Assembly: GCA_043813075.1 (NCBI GenBank)
Contig: JBDRLL010000020.1
Location: forward strand, 1 to 64,000
Origin: Candidatus Altiarchaeota archaeon
Lineage (GTDB): Archaea; Altiarchaeota; Altiarchaeia; IMC4; SCGC-AAA252-I15
DNA: 64,000 bases
Direction: 5' to 3'
The first letter of the stretch is position 1. Every line of letters begins with the position of its first letter. Below are positions 45,748-56,304 of the stretch, one piece after another. Made by a program: the position numbers and the translations under genes. The notes beneath the pieces were generated by a model. The model saw nothing but the letters and a program-made list of their open reading frames with translations, ran no database searches and was not told the DNA's origin.

Positions 45748-46626
45748 ATGATTGACCCGTCCTTCCTTGACGAGCTTAAGGAGCTTAACTTCATGCTTAA
45801 GAAGAGGGTTTCCTCAGCATACTCTGGGGGAAGGCCTTCAGTAAAGCATGGGAAGGGCATTGAGGTGGTCGACTACCGGGAGTATTTCCCTGGAGACGAC
45901 TTTCGCCTGATAGACTGGAGGGTTTACGGAAGGACTGAGAAACTCTACATCCGCCGTTTCGAGGAGGAACGCAACCTTGTCCTCCACATAATGGTGGACT
46001 GCAGCTCCAGCATGGACTTCAAGACCATAGCGATGAGCAAGTTCGACTACGCCGGCAGCCTGGCTGTCGGCTTCGGATTCCTCGCAGTCAACCACCACGA
46101 AAAGTTCGCGACAGCACTTTACTCCAACAGGCTGAAGTTCGTCCAGCAGCCGAAGAAGGGGAGGAAGACGCTATTCGACACCATAAACCTTATGAACAAC
46201 ATGAAGCTTGAGGGCGAGACCCGTTTTGGGGAGTGTAGCGGCCAGTACAGCAAGATGATAAAATCCAAGGCATTCAGTGTCGTGATATCCGACTTCCTCG
46301 AGCCGATAGAATCCATCAAGGAGGGCATATACCGGATGGCGAAGCACAGCAAGGAGTTGTTCGTCATACAGGTCCTAGACCCGTGGGAGGTCGACCTCGG
46401 ATGGAGGAATGACATAGAGTTCGAGGACATAGAGACAGGAGACCGGAAGAGGAGCTTCCTAAGCCCCTCATTCAAGAGGGACTACAATAGGAACCTCAGG
46501 GAACACATAGCCAGTATACACGAGACTTGTGATGATGTGGGCGTCAACTTTGTTTCAGTTACGACCAATGTACCCTTGATAGACACTTTCGTTAACCTTG
46601 TGGGTGGAGGTAGGAGGCATGGCTGA
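45748..46626 (+). CDS. DUF58 (vWA-like) protein
   Basis: G.EVVDYREYFPGDDFRLIDW, EEER, DCSSSM and ISDF. Confidence 0.93.
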   Translation: MIDPSFLDELKELNFMLKKRVSSAYSGGRPSVKHGKGIEVVDYREYFPGDDFRLIDWRVYGRTEKLYIRRFEEERNLVLHIMVDCSSSMDFKTIAMSKFDYAGSLAVGFGFLAVNHHEKFATALYSNRLKFVQQPKKGRKTLFDTINLMNNMKLEGETRFGECSGQYSKMIKSKAFSVVISDFLEPIESIKEGIYRMAKHSKELFVIQVLDPWEVDLGWRNDIEFEDIETGDRKRSFLSPSFKRDYNRNLREHIASIHETCDDVGVNFVSVTTNVPLIDTFVNLVGGGRRHG

Positions 46627-48571
46627 CCTGCCCCTCTCGTCCATATTGGGGAATCCCATGGCGCTCGCAGCCATGAGCCTGATACTACCCGTCATAATAC
46701 TCTACCTCCTGCGTCCCAAGCCGAAGCACGTGATATTCCCCTCCACAATGTTCATATTCGTCACCGAAAAGCAGAAGAGGTTCTCAAGCTTCCTGCAGAA
46801 GTTCATACGGGACCCTCTCCTACTCCTCCAGGTCATGATAATAACTGTAATAGTGCTCTCCCTCGCAAACCCTTTCACGACTTCCATGGATGTCGTCCGT
46901 GGCAAGGAGTCGATAGCGATAATACTGGATGCGTCGGCGAGCATGCAGGCCACGGACACGACCCCCACACGTTTCTCCAATGCAATTGACTCTGCCCAGA
47001 GGATAGTCTCTGACATGCAGCGTGACGATGAAGTCTCAATCATACTGGCGGAGAACATACCTGTCTCAGTATTGTCGAGGGGCGAGCGGCAGGAGGCGAG
47101 GAACGTTTTAGGAGACCTCTATGCGTCAGACACGCCATCCAACGTCGGGGACGCCATACTACTAGCCAGGGACCTGCTGTCAACGTCAAAATCCAAGAAG
47201 AAGATATACGTGATATCTGATTTCGCTGACTCGGACGGCCTGGACCCTGTTTTGGCCAGGAAAATTGCTGCCCTCAGGGGAGTTGAGGTCGAATTCATAC
47301 GCGTCGGCGGCAGGTCTGATAATGTGGGCATAGTCAGCTTTAGCGCGAGGAGGTCTGTCGTGGATGAGGACCGTTTGTTTGCGACCGCCAGCGTCAGGAA
47401 CTATGGCGCAAGGAAGAGCGTTAAAATCGACATCCTGTCCGGGGATAAGGTGTTGAATTCTTCAGAGAAGCTCATAGAATCCGGCAGCGAGGAGTTTTTC
47501 ACTTTCAGCCCGGAGATAAAATGGGATGAGCAGGTGATAACAGCGAGGATAGACGGCAAGGACTATCTGGCTGTCGACGACAGGGCGTACAGTTACGTGC
47601 CTTCAGTGAGGGTGATAAAGATACTGTTGATAACGGGGGAGGCTGACACCGACAAATACCTCCGGCTCATGCTCCAGTCTCTAAGGAACATTGAGTTGTC
47701 CGTGAACATACCGCCGCAGCCGCTCAGGGACTTCAGCAACTTCGACATAATCATCCTGGGTAACGCTGAGAGCGACAACATACTGCCCGGCACATTCATA
47801 GACATGAAGCCGTCATTGAGCAGGGGGTCGGACCTGATAGTCCTCGCGACAGGCAACCTGTGGACTCTGACAAACCAGAACCTCTGGAACATGATGCCCG
47901 CAGGCATAAGCGACTGGGGTCCTCCGGAAGCGGAAGTCCATGTGCTGGAGGAGCATGAGATACTGGATGACGTCGTATTCGACAACCTGGTTGCGAACAA
48001 GTACTTCAAAATCCAGTTGGATGATGAGAGTGCCGCGAGGATACTGGGCACAGGCGGTGACAATCCGACAACACTCTTCGCATACCGGATGATGGGGGAG
48101 GGCCACGTGGTGTTCATGGGATTGAATCCTGATCCGGAGTGGACTAACATGTACTACAGTTCTTCATTCCCCATATTCTGGTCCCAGCTCATCAAGTACC
48201 TTACTAGGGACGTTTACTCAGAGTCCATGCAAGACTATGTTTCAGGAGTATACCTGCCGTTGACGGAGTCTACGGAAGTTAGGACGCCTTCAGGCATGAC
48301 CGTCAACACCAAAAACATTTTCCTGGACAAGACCGGCGTCTACGAAGTCAACCACCCCTCAAAGAAGTCCAAGATAACAGTCAGCCTGCTGAACACCAGG
48401 GAGTCCAACATCACTTCAGGAGAGGTTGAGAAATCCATCAACGAGGACGAGTTCACTACCGAACGCGAGAAGATCGAGGTGAAGCACGAATACTATAGGA
48501 TACTGTTGGCGGTCATGCTCGTAGTATTCATGATAGAAATGCTGGCCTATCGTTGGAGGGGTCTGCTATGA
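46619..48571 (+). CDS. BatA-domain / vWA membrane protein
   Basis: N-terminal LPVIILYLLRPKP...FPS BatA motif, MIDAS DASASM, ISDF and a C-terminal TM. RBS GGAGG precedes ATG 46619. Confidence 0.9.
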   Translation: MADLPLSSILGNPMALAAMSLILPVIILYLLRPKPKHVIFPSTMFIFVTEKQKRFSSFLQKFIRDPLLLLQVMIITVIVLSLANPFTTSMDVVRGKESIAIILDASASMQATDTTPTRFSNAIDSAQRIVSDMQRDDEVSIILAENIPVSVLSRGERQEARNVLGDLYASDTPSNVGDAILLARDLLSTSKSKKKIYVISDFADSDGLDPVLARKIAALRGVEVEFIRVGGRSDNVGIVSFSARRSVVDEDRLFATASVRNYGARKSVKIDILSGDKVLNSSEKLIESGSEEFFTFSPEIKWDEQVITARIDGKDYLAVDDRAYSYVPSVRVIKILLITGEADTDKYLRLMLQSLRNIELSVNIPPQPLRDFSNFDIIILGNAESDNILPGTFIDMKPSLSRGSDLIVLATGNLWTLTNQNLWNMMPAGISDWGPPEAEVHVLEEHEILDDVVFDNLVANKYFKIQLDDESAARILGTGGDNPTTLFAYRMMGEGHVVFMGLNPDPEWTNMYYSSSFPIFWSQLIKYLTRDVYSESMQDYVSGVYLPLTESTEVRTPSGMTVNTKNIFLDKTGVYEVNHPSKKSKITVSLLNTRESNITSGEVEKSINEDEFTTEREKIEVKHEYYRILLAVMLVVFMIEMLAYRWRGLL

Positions 48572-51147
48572 ACGTAACAACCGTATTGACCGGCGCCATG
48601 AGCATGGCTGGCAGGGTTTCAAGTGTTATACCCTCAGAGTACGGGTTCAAGAACCCAATATACCTCCTGTTCTCACTGCCATTCATACTATTCGTACTGA
48701 TGTACGTGAGGAAGGGTGGCGTGTCCAGGAGGCATATCGCGTTCATGGCAGTCCGCGTACTTGTGATAATGCTTGTCGCTATTGCCATAGCGTCTCCAGT
48801 CGAGTATTCGAGCCGGACTGAGGTTAAGGAATTCTCCCCCATAGTCGTCGTCTCAGATGTTTCAGGAAGCATGTCCCTGTCTAACGGCTCCAGGGATGTC
48901 TCGACAATGGTTTTCAACGACATACGTGGTCTGGTGGGCAACATCACCGGGAAGACGGACAACATCCTCATAGACTTTTTCGGTGACGGAAATTCGACCG
49001 GGATAGGCGATGCGTTGAACCGGAACCTGGTCCAGAGCGAGGGCAGTTCCACAATAATGGTGTTGGTGAGCGACGGGAGGAACAACATCGGCAGGAACCC
49101 TGTTGACGTCGCCAAGGCGGTGGCAGAAGCGAATTCAACCATCTATGTGGTGAAACCGCATAAGACAGGGGACGACGTCTCCATACAGTATGTCCTGGGA
49201 GACCGTAAGATACCGTCGAACACCGAATACGAAATCCTGATTGGAGTAGGCAACACAGGCTTCGCGAGCATCAGCTACGATCTTGAGGTCAGCGTAGACA
49301 ACGTCAGGAAATTCAACAAGCATCTCACGCAGACAGAGTTCGAGAAGCAGGTCCAACTCCAGTTGAGGTTCGAGAATCCGGGCGTATACCAGATACGCGT
49401 CGACCTGAGACCAGAGTCCGACACGATACCGGAAAACAACGTCTATTACAAGACTGTGGAGGTCGTTGAAAAGCCGTCCATACTAGTCATCACGTCGAAC
49501 GTCACATCACCCCTGACGAACGTCCTCTCGAGACTATACAACGTCGACATAAAGAGCCAGGTGAACGTCGACTACAAGCCATACTCCGCAGTATTCCTGG
49601 ACAACATCCACGCAGACAATCTTAACCGTGACCGCGTCAACAAGCTGCGGGAATACGTTCTTCAAGGAAACGGCCTAGTCGTCGTCGGCGGCAAGAACAG
49701 TTACGAGTACGGCAAGTACAACAACAGTTTCATAGAAAACCTGCTGCCAGTAAAGTCCACTGAAAAGCCGGAGGAGAGGAGGAAGAGGATAGCGGTCCTA
49801 TTCCTCATAGACATCTCACAGAGCACCGAGTACGGCATGGGCGAGGACTCTAAGATAGACGTTGAGAAAGCGCTCGCACTCAACATGCTGAGGAACCTGG
49901 ACAACAACGATACTGTGGGCGTAATAGCCTTCAACACAGTGCCCTATGTTGTCTCAGGAATGAGCCCCCTGGGGCCTAAACGGGCTGAGGTCGAGGATAG
50001 CCTGCTCAGACTGCGTTTCGTGGGCGGTACGGACATGGTCCCTGCCCTCGAGTCTGCCATAAGGACGCTGGACGGCTACACCATACCAAAATACGTCATA
50101 CTCCTGTCTGACGGCGTCATACCCCGTTCAAAAGCACCGATAGTATTCAGCAAAGTAACCGCTTTGAAAGATATGGACGTCACCATATACAGTGTTGGGG
50201 TGGGTTTTGACACTGACGTCCAGTTGATGAGCGAGATAGCCCGTACTGGCGGTGGCATATACTTCCAGCCTGAAGACTATCAGCGGCTTAAGATAGAGTT
50301 CGGCGACAAACTAGAGGAGGATAATCCGGAACGTGTGCCGATAATAGTCAGGGACCAGCACCACTTCATAACAAGGAGCATAACAGGTTGGAATGATGAG
50401 AGGCCTCCCTCAAGAGGATATAACCAGGTTTACGAGAAGTCTGTCGCCCAAGTACCGTTCTCGACGAAGGGTGGGAGTCCCGCCCTCGCGGTCTGGCGTT
50501 TCGGACTCGGCCGTGTGGCTTCACTACTCATCGACAACGGGCTTGTGTGGGGTCGCGACGTTTACGCCGCGAAGAATGGCAAGATGGTTTCAGCCATGAC
50601 GAACTGGGCTATCGGAGACCTTGAGAAGACCAAGAAGGTGCGCATAACGACTTCAGACATCAGCATAGGCGAGACCGCGTCACTCGACGTCCGCTCATCC
50701 AATAAGCCTGACATCCTCTTGCAGGGTGGGGTCATAGGTGGCGCGCCAAAGATTTCCGTCACAAGGACTAACGTGGAGACGTATACGGCAGTGTTCACTC
50801 CAGAGACCGTCGGCTTCTACGGCGTGAAGGCGTCTTCAACCGACGGCCAGGACCTGGATGCTGTCGCAGTCAACTATCCGCAGGAATACGCTTCTCTGGG
50901 CGTTGACGACGCAGTGCTCGAGAGGATGGCTTACGTGACAAACGGCCGCGTCTACGATTCAACCCAGATGAGTCAGCTGGAGGATGACTTGATAAAGCAC
51001 GCCACAATGGAGGCCACTCAGGAGATCATCGACGAACGGGAGTTATGGCAGTATTTCGCGGCAATAGCGCTGATAATATACTTCATTGATGTGGTGGTCC
51101 GCAGGATAGTGGAGATCGTACTCTTGAGCAGGGCTCCTAGGGAATGA
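48568..51147 (+). CDS. Double-vWA membrane protein with Ig-like and amidotransferase-like domains
   Basis: DVSGSM and DISQST MIDAS motifs, two SDG motifs, PENN, GLVVVGG, WRFGLGRV and terminal TMs. ATGA overlap. Confidence 0.88.
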   Translation: MNVTTVLTGAMSMAGRVSSVIPSEYGFKNPIYLLFSLPFILFVLMYVRKGGVSRRHIAFMAVRVLVIMLVAIAIASPVEYSSRTEVKEFSPIVVVSDVSGSMSLSNGSRDVSTMVFNDIRGLVGNITGKTDNILIDFFGDGNSTGIGDALNRNLVQSEGSSTIMVLVSDGRNNIGRNPVDVAKAVAEANSTIYVVKPHKTGDDVSIQYVLGDRKIPSNTEYEILIGVGNTGFASISYDLEVSVDNVRKFNKHLTQTEFEKQVQLQLRFENPGVYQIRVDLRPESDTIPENNVYYKTVEVVEKPSILVITSNVTSPLTNVLSRLYNVDIKSQVNVDYKPYSAVFLDNIHADNLNRDRVNKLREYVLQGNGLVVVGGKNSYEYGKYNNSFIENLLPVKSTEKPEERRKRIAVLFLIDISQSTEYGMGEDSKIDVEKALALNMLRNLDNNDTVGVIAFNTVPYVVSGMSPLGPKRAEVEDSLLRLRFVGGTDMVPALESAIRTLDGYTIPKYVILLSDGVIPRSKAPIVFSKVTALKDMDVTIYSVGVGFDTDVQLMSEIARTGGGIYFQPEDYQRLKIEFGDKLEEDNPERVPIIVRDQHHFITRSITGWNDERPPSRGYNQVYEKSVAQVPFSTKGGSPALAVWRFGLGRVASLLIDNGLVWGRDVYAAKNGKMVSAMTNWAIGDLEKTKKVRITTSDISIGETASLDVRSSNKPDILLQGGVIGGAPKISVTRTNVETYTAVFTPETVGFYGVKASSTDGQDLDAVAVNYPQEYASLGVDDAVLERMAYVTNGRVYDSTQMSQLEDDLIKHATMEATQEIIDERELWQYFAAIALIIYFIDVVVRRIVEIVLLSRAPRE

Positions 51148-51151
51148 GAAC

Positions 51152-51436
51152 CTAGTCGTCTACGCAACCGATCACTCCCGGCTTGGGAGTGTATATCAGG
51201 CCCTTCTTCTCTAAGTCCTTCAGGATAAGCTTCAGTTCGCTGGATTCGATGTCCGCCTTCTCGACCTCCTCCCTGAGGCTCCTAATCCTAAGAGAGTGGA
51301 GTCTGTGGATGATGTTGTACACCGTCTGGCGTTTGCCGGCGTTCTGGAGAGAAGTGTTCCTCCTCACAGCAGGCCTTTCATAGCGTGTCCTCGATGGCCC
51401 GCCATTATTATTAATTGGTTTTTTGTTAGAAACCAT
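51152..51436 (-). CDS. Small winged-helix protein resembling the MCM C-terminal wHTH
   Basis: VYNIIHRL...LKDLEKKGLIYTPKPGVI. A TATA-like TTTAAG lies upstream. Confidence 0.65.
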   Translation of the reverse strand: MVSNKKPINNNGGPSRTRYERPAVRRNTSLQNAGKRQTVYNIIHRLHSLRIRSLREEVEKADIESSELKLILKDLEKKGLIYTPKPGVIGCVDD

Positions 51437-51525
51437 GTTCCACCCCGTACACATAATTGAACGTCGTAGCTTAAATACTTTTTGCCGACAACATTGCTTT
51501 TATACTTGTTTGCATATGTGTCTGC

Positions 51526-53763
51526 TCACTTCCTGTAGCCTGTGTATGTGAGGTTGTGTCCAAGCCTGCGTCTAGTCGTCTTTATAATGCCCTTATTCCT
51601 GGGTTTCTCCTCGGCGGGTGGTTCTTTCTCAGCTGGTGGTGGCGTGGGCTTTCTATCCTCAACAACCTTTCTCCTTACCGTGGTATCTGTCTTCTTCTCT
51701 GCGGGAGCATACGCCCTCCTCCTTGGAGTATGCTTATTATCCAGTGGCGTATGTTTCTTCTCTGTCGGCGTATGCTTCCTCCCTGTTCCATCAACCTTCG
51801 ACTGCGCATAAGCCCTATTTCTCGGCTTGTCCAGCTTAAGCCGTGGCATCTTGAGCCTCTGCCATGCTATGATGGATATGGCAGTCAGCACGCCTATCAT
51901 GCTTATGAGTATTATCACGCCAAGTACGTACGAAAGGCTTATGTACTTCATGAATGAAGGCATCCCCAGGCGATTCCCCCCCTCATCCACCTTATTAGCG
52001 TCATCTCCCACGCCTGCCGCAATGGTTATGTTCTCAACGAGTAGTGCGGCTTCATCGGCATTTTCCCTGTCGCCGGCAAGCCGGTATAGGCTCTCCGCCT
52101 TCTTTGCATTCATCAAGGCTGATTCATAATTCTTTTCCTTGTATTCGGAGAGTGACTTATTGTAGATGATGCTTGCATTAAGTCTTAGCACCGCACCCGA
52201 CTCGTTTATCCTCCTATCGCATTCGTCTATCGCGAGCCTGTCGTTCAGCTGTGGCGACGCGTACTTGCTGCGCGCTATGCTCGCGTTCCGTATCGCGCTC
52301 TCATAGTCCTGGTTGATGTACGCGTGTTTGGAGAGGTTGAGGGCGCTGTCAGCCTCCCGCTTCAAAGACTCCACCTGCTCTCCTATGCTGTTTAACCCGT
52401 CCAACTCGTTTATGCAGTCCGAGACCCTGTCCATCAACCCAAGCTGACTGTACAGGCTCTTCGAGTCCTCAAGGCATTCGATGGACAACTCGATGTTCTT
52501 CTGGCTCTTGTACGCCATCGCCTTGCTGAACAGCTCGTCCGCCCTCAGCTTCTTCGCATACTCCTGTGTCTTGAAGTAGTAAACGTTTTTCACAGCACCT
52601 GCTACAATCTCCCCGTAGTTGTCTGCGTCCATGTCCCTCGCATGGACGTAGTCTACTGTCGTGAGGTAGGCGCTCTCCCACTTCGGCTTACCGTCCCTGT
52701 CGAACACGTACACTTTGTTCGAGCCGACGACTATCTCAGGGTATCCGTCATTATCCAGGTCTCCCGCGTCAATCGAGTACACCCTCGACCCGGTTAAACC
52801 CACCCACTTGCTCTTGCCCTTTGAGTCCAAAACCTTCAGATCGCTCAAAGCAAGGCCTATCTCCGCTTCCCCGTCCCCATCCAGGTCTTCCACAATACCC
52901 GCTCCCGCGGCGTCGTTCACGTCAGTCTGCCATATATGGGCTCCGTCCTTGCTTAGCGCGTAAACGTAGGGTTTCGAGGATACTATGACGTTGTTGTCGC
53001 CGTCACCGTTGATGTCTGCAATCTTCACCCATGTTACTCCGCCCGCGGTGCCGGACTCCCACATGACCTCCCCGGTATTGCTTAAGGCTATGATCTTTGA
53101 AGGCAGGTCGATGTTGGGGTTGCATGACGACTTGTAGGTCACCTTCGCCCTGTAGATCAAGCCTACTACCACGTCCGCCTTACCGTCCCCGTTCAAGTCT
53201 CCAGCGTCAATCGCGACTGGAAGGTCGTCCCCGCTCAGAGTGTGCTTCCAAATGGTGTTCGGCGGATACGTTGACGCGTCTATCGCGTATATCGTCGCGC
53301 TCTTGCATTCGTCCTTCTTGTAGGTTGATACCACGACATCATTCTTCCCGTCTCCATTCAAGTCCGCATGATCTATGACCTGCACGTGCTTTAATGAGGT
53401 GGAGTACTTCCAAAGTTCGGAACCGGACTCTGATATGCCTATTGCGTGGCTCCCATACCCTGCTATAACCTCGCTCCTCCCATCGGAATTCAAGTCCGCT
53501 GCAGATAATTCAAAGACGTAGCCCGACATCCTGTACGGCTTACTCCAGTACTCTGTTCCCCTGTTGTTGAGACTGTATACCGCACCCTCCTGCGATGTTG
53601 CCACTAGTATCTCGTAAACCCCGTTACCATCCAAGTCTGCGACGTCAAGCCCGCTTATCACCTCCTTGGCCGTGTAATTCCACATTGACTGCATGTACTC
53701 GTCAGAGAAAGAGGATGCCGTAGTGGCCAGGCATACGAGCAGGAGGGCTGTGACATACTTCAT
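51526..53763 (-). CDS. Cell-surface protein: FG-GAP/VCBS beta-propeller, helical stalk, TM and basic cytoplasmic tail
   Basis: Signal peptide; eight D-[LIM]-[DN]-x-[DN]-[GN] Ca-binding loops; TM YVLGVIILISMIGVLTAISIIAW; KHTP repeats. Confidence 0.85.
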   Translation of the reverse strand: MKYVTALLLVCLATTASSFSDEYMQSMWNYTAKEVISGLDVADLDGNGVYEILVATSQEGAVYSLNNRGTEYWSKPYRMSGYVFELSAADLNSDGRSEVIAGYGSHAIGISESGSELWKYSTSLKHVQVIDHADLNGDGKNDVVVSTYKKDECKSATIYAIDASTYPPNTIWKHTLSGDDLPVAIDAGDLNGDGKADVVVGLIYRAKVTYKSSCNPNIDLPSKIIALSNTGEVMWESGTAGGVTWVKIADINGDGDNNVIVSSKPYVYALSKDGAHIWQTDVNDAAGAGIVEDLDGDGEAEIGLALSDLKVLDSKGKSKWVGLTGSRVYSIDAGDLDNDGYPEIVVGSNKVYVFDRDGKPKWESAYLTTVDYVHARDMDADNYGEIVAGAVKNVYYFKTQEYAKKLRADELFSKAMAYKSQKNIELSIECLEDSKSLYSQLGLMDRVSDCINELDGLNSIGEQVESLKREADSALNLSKHAYINQDYESAIRNASIARSKYASPQLNDRLAIDECDRRINESGAVLRLNASIIYNKSLSEYKEKNYESALMNAKKAESLYRLAGDRENADEAALLVENITIAAGVGDDANKVDEGGNRLGMPSFMKYISLSYVLGVIILISMIGVLTAISIIAWQRLKMPRLKLDKPRNRAYAQSKVDGTGRKHTPTEKKHTPLDNKHTPRRRAYAPAEKKTDTTVRRKVVEDRKPTPPPAEKEPPAEEKPRNKGIIKTTRRRLGHNLTYTGYRK

Positions 53764-53800
53764 GACATATATTATTTACCGTAGATTATTTAAGGATACA

Positions 53801-55747
53801 ATGTCTAGGGGCTTTTACAAGGGCTTCATATTCATGGCCGTGCCTTCACTTTTACTTGCAGCATATGTCACTCTCACGGCTGTCGCATCTCCCGGATTGA
53901 CGGTCATACTCTTAAACACTCTTCTCGTGAATCTGGTGGTCCTATCCTACTCATCAATCCCCCTCTACTTCTACTTCCGTCCGTCTGGCAGGCTGTCTGG
54001 CAGTTTCCGCAGGCACGTCACGGTGATAATGGTCTACACGAACCTTGCTTTGTTGATGACGTACCCTCTGGTAGCGCATCTCCACGATGCCGTTCCTGGG
54101 GAGGATGACGTGTGGAAGATGATGTGGTACCTATGGTGGGGCGGGGAATCCCTCTCATCCTTCAAGAACCCGTACCACACCGACCTATGGTTCGCACCAT
54201 ACGGGAAAAGCCTGGTCTTCCACTCTAACATACTCTCCCTATCGCTGCTATCACTGCCCTTGCAGCATCTCCTCTCGCTTGCCGCGTCATACAATATGCT
54301 CTGCATAATGGCCTTCGCATTCTCAGGGTACGGTATGTACCTGTTGGTCCGGCGTCTGACCGGGAATGACAAGGCATCTCTCGTTTCAGGCCTGATATTC
54401 GCCTTCACGCCCCTCCGTTTCACGCGTTTGCTCGGCCATCTGAATCTTGTAAGCACCCAGTGGATTCCGTTCTACATACTCTTCTTACTGAGGACGCTCG
54501 ACAATGATGACCGCAGGGACCCGGTTCTAGCAGGGATATTCTTCGCTCTCATCTCGGCCACATTCCTCTTTCAGTCTGTGGTCGCATTCATCATCACCCT
54601 GGCGCTAATCGCGGAAAGGATTGTGTGGGACAGGGAAAAAACCATGAAAACGGTTATTATACGGCGGTTGGGTTTTGCGGTCTTGACAGCATCAGTACTG
54701 ATCTCCCCCTTAATCCTGGAGGTGTTCTCGAATTACGGCCGCGGCATCATGCCTGGTGCTGGCGTATCATCTGTCTTCAATTCCGCAGACCTCCTGGCTT
54801 ACGCCACACCCCCCCAAAGCCATCCCATACTATCCGGCTTTTTCTCAGGTAGGCGGGTGTTCTACAGTGGCGGCAGCATGGAGTCTCAAGTCTTCATAGG
54901 GTTCACTGTGATAAGCCTATCCCTCCTTTCAACGTTCCTGGTGTGGAAGTCACGTCAACTGAGGGTGTGGCTACTCATAGCAGTAATCTTCATTACGCTG
55001 TCTCTCGGGCCTTTCTTGAGGATGGGCGGCGTCGTGGTAGTATACAAGAACCAGGTTCCTGACGGAGCCTTCATGGGTGACAAGAAGGTTTCCTCCAGCA
55101 TGATATACGGATTCTACCGGCTTTTGGGTGGACTGGCGGAATATCCTGAAAGCTATTCCCCCACCAGTGAATACTCCTACGCCTACCTGCCGTACACGCT
55201 GGTTGACGGCCTTCCTTTCATGGACCTGTCCCGCACGCCAAGCCGTTTCAGCCTAGGTCTCATAGTGGCAGTCTCAGTTCTCTCCGGATTCACCCTATCA
55301 TGGATTCTCGGGAGGGGCGGTCGCCCCTGGCTGATGCCGCTTATCACCGCGCTAATACTCTTCGAGTCACTGGCCTTGCCGATACCGTTATCCCATCTCC
55401 CTGAGACTTCTGGAGTATACGGGATAATCGGGGATGATCCTGGCGACTTCATAATCCACGAGAAGCCTTACGGCAACTTCTTCCACACCCAGACATTGCA
55501 CGGCAAGAAGATACTGTCCGGCTACGTTAAGTCAGAGGCTCCCTCAAAGGCACGGATTCTATCCGGCAACGCCGACGAATCAGTCTATCCCAGCCTAAAC
55601 GATTTCTGTGCTGAAAAGAATGTGAGATACCTCATAGTCCATAAGGATGTGCTCTCTGAAAATGAGGTTTCACGCATCATGGCTTCGATGAATAACCCCC
55701 CATTTTATAGTGATGGTCTGGTGGTCGCCTACCGTATTGAAGCCTAG
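53801..55747 (+). CDS. Polytopic membrane protein, GT-C glycosyltransferase-like (YfhO-related)
   Basis: More than 10 TM helices, MTYP...D...WYLWW, FAP.G.SL.F, AFTP.R...GHLNL and RTPSRF. The start was moved to ATG 53801. Confidence 0.68.
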   Translation: MSRGFYKGFIFMAVPSLLLAAYVTLTAVASPGLTVILLNTLLVNLVVLSYSSIPLYFYFRPSGRLSGSFRRHVTVIMVYTNLALLMTYPLVAHLHDAVPGEDDVWKMMWYLWWGGESLSSFKNPYHTDLWFAPYGKSLVFHSNILSLSLLSLPLQHLLSLAASYNMLCIMAFAFSGYGMYLLVRRLTGNDKASLVSGLIFAFTPLRFTRLLGHLNLVSTQWIPFYILFLLRTLDNDDRRDPVLAGIFFALISATFLFQSVVAFIITLALIAERIVWDREKTMKTVIIRRLGFAVLTASVLISPLILEVFSNYGRGIMPGAGVSSVFNSADLLAYATPPQSHPILSGFFSGRRVFYSGGSMESQVFIGFTVISLSLLSTFLVWKSRQLRVWLLIAVIFITLSLGPFLRMGGVVVVYKNQVPDGAFMGDKKVSSSMIYGFYRLLGGLAEYPESYSPTSEYSYAYLPYTLVDGLPFMDLSRTPSRFSLGLIVAVSVLSGFTLSWILGRGGRPWLMPLITALILFESLALPIPLSHLPETSGVYGIIGDDPGDFIIHEKPYGNFFHTQTLHGKKILSGYVKSEAPSKARILSGNADESVYPSLNDFCAEKNVRYLIVHKDVLSENEVSRIMASMNNPPFYSDGLVVAYRIEA

Positions 55748-55791
55748 TTTTTAATCGTGGGGAGTATATTCTAAGCAGGTTAGGTGATGCA

Positions 55792-56280
55792 ATGGTTTTA
55801 GGCAAGTCTGAGATACTGGCTTTGGTGGAGGGCAAGGGCCTCATCGATAATTTTTCCCCAGAATCGCTTGGCGGAGCCGGCTATGACCTGCGTTTGGACA
55901 GGATTTACCGGCTTACGTCCGACAGCTTCCTCGGAGTCTCTGACCGTAGGACTCCTGGCGTGGAGGAAGTTGAGTTCGACTCATATGCCATGAAGCCAGG
56001 AGAGTATGTTCTGGTGGAGACGTTGGAGAGAGTCAACATGCCTTCCAACGTGGCTGCGAGAGTTCTTAACCGTTCGACACTATTCCGTTGCGGGTGCAGC
56101 CTATACAATGCGCTAGTGGATCCCGGATTCATGGGGACTCTCACGTTCGGCATGAAGAATCTGTCTGAAAAAGAATTCACGGTTGAACGCGGCGCGCGGA
56201 TAGCGCAGATAGTCTTCGAGAGAGTCCACGGGGAAGCAGAGGAATACGACGGAAAATATCAGGGCGGGAAAGTCGTCTAG
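55792..56280 (+). CDS. dut: dUTPase / dCTP-deaminase family protein, probably the archaeal dUTPase
   Basis: GYDLRL, RSTLFRCG, VDPGF.G, ARIAQIVF and YDGKYQ. Confidence 0.8.
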   Translation: MVLGKSEILALVEGKGLIDNFSPESLGGAGYDLRLDRIYRLTSDSFLGVSDRRTPGVEEVEFDSYAMKPGEYVLVETLERVNMPSNVAARVLNRSTLFRCGCSLYNALVDPGFMGTLTFGMKNLSEKEFTVERGARIAQIVFERVHGEAEEYDGKYQGGKVV

Positions 56281-56304
56281 CATACGGGGTGCGTATTATA
56301 CTAC

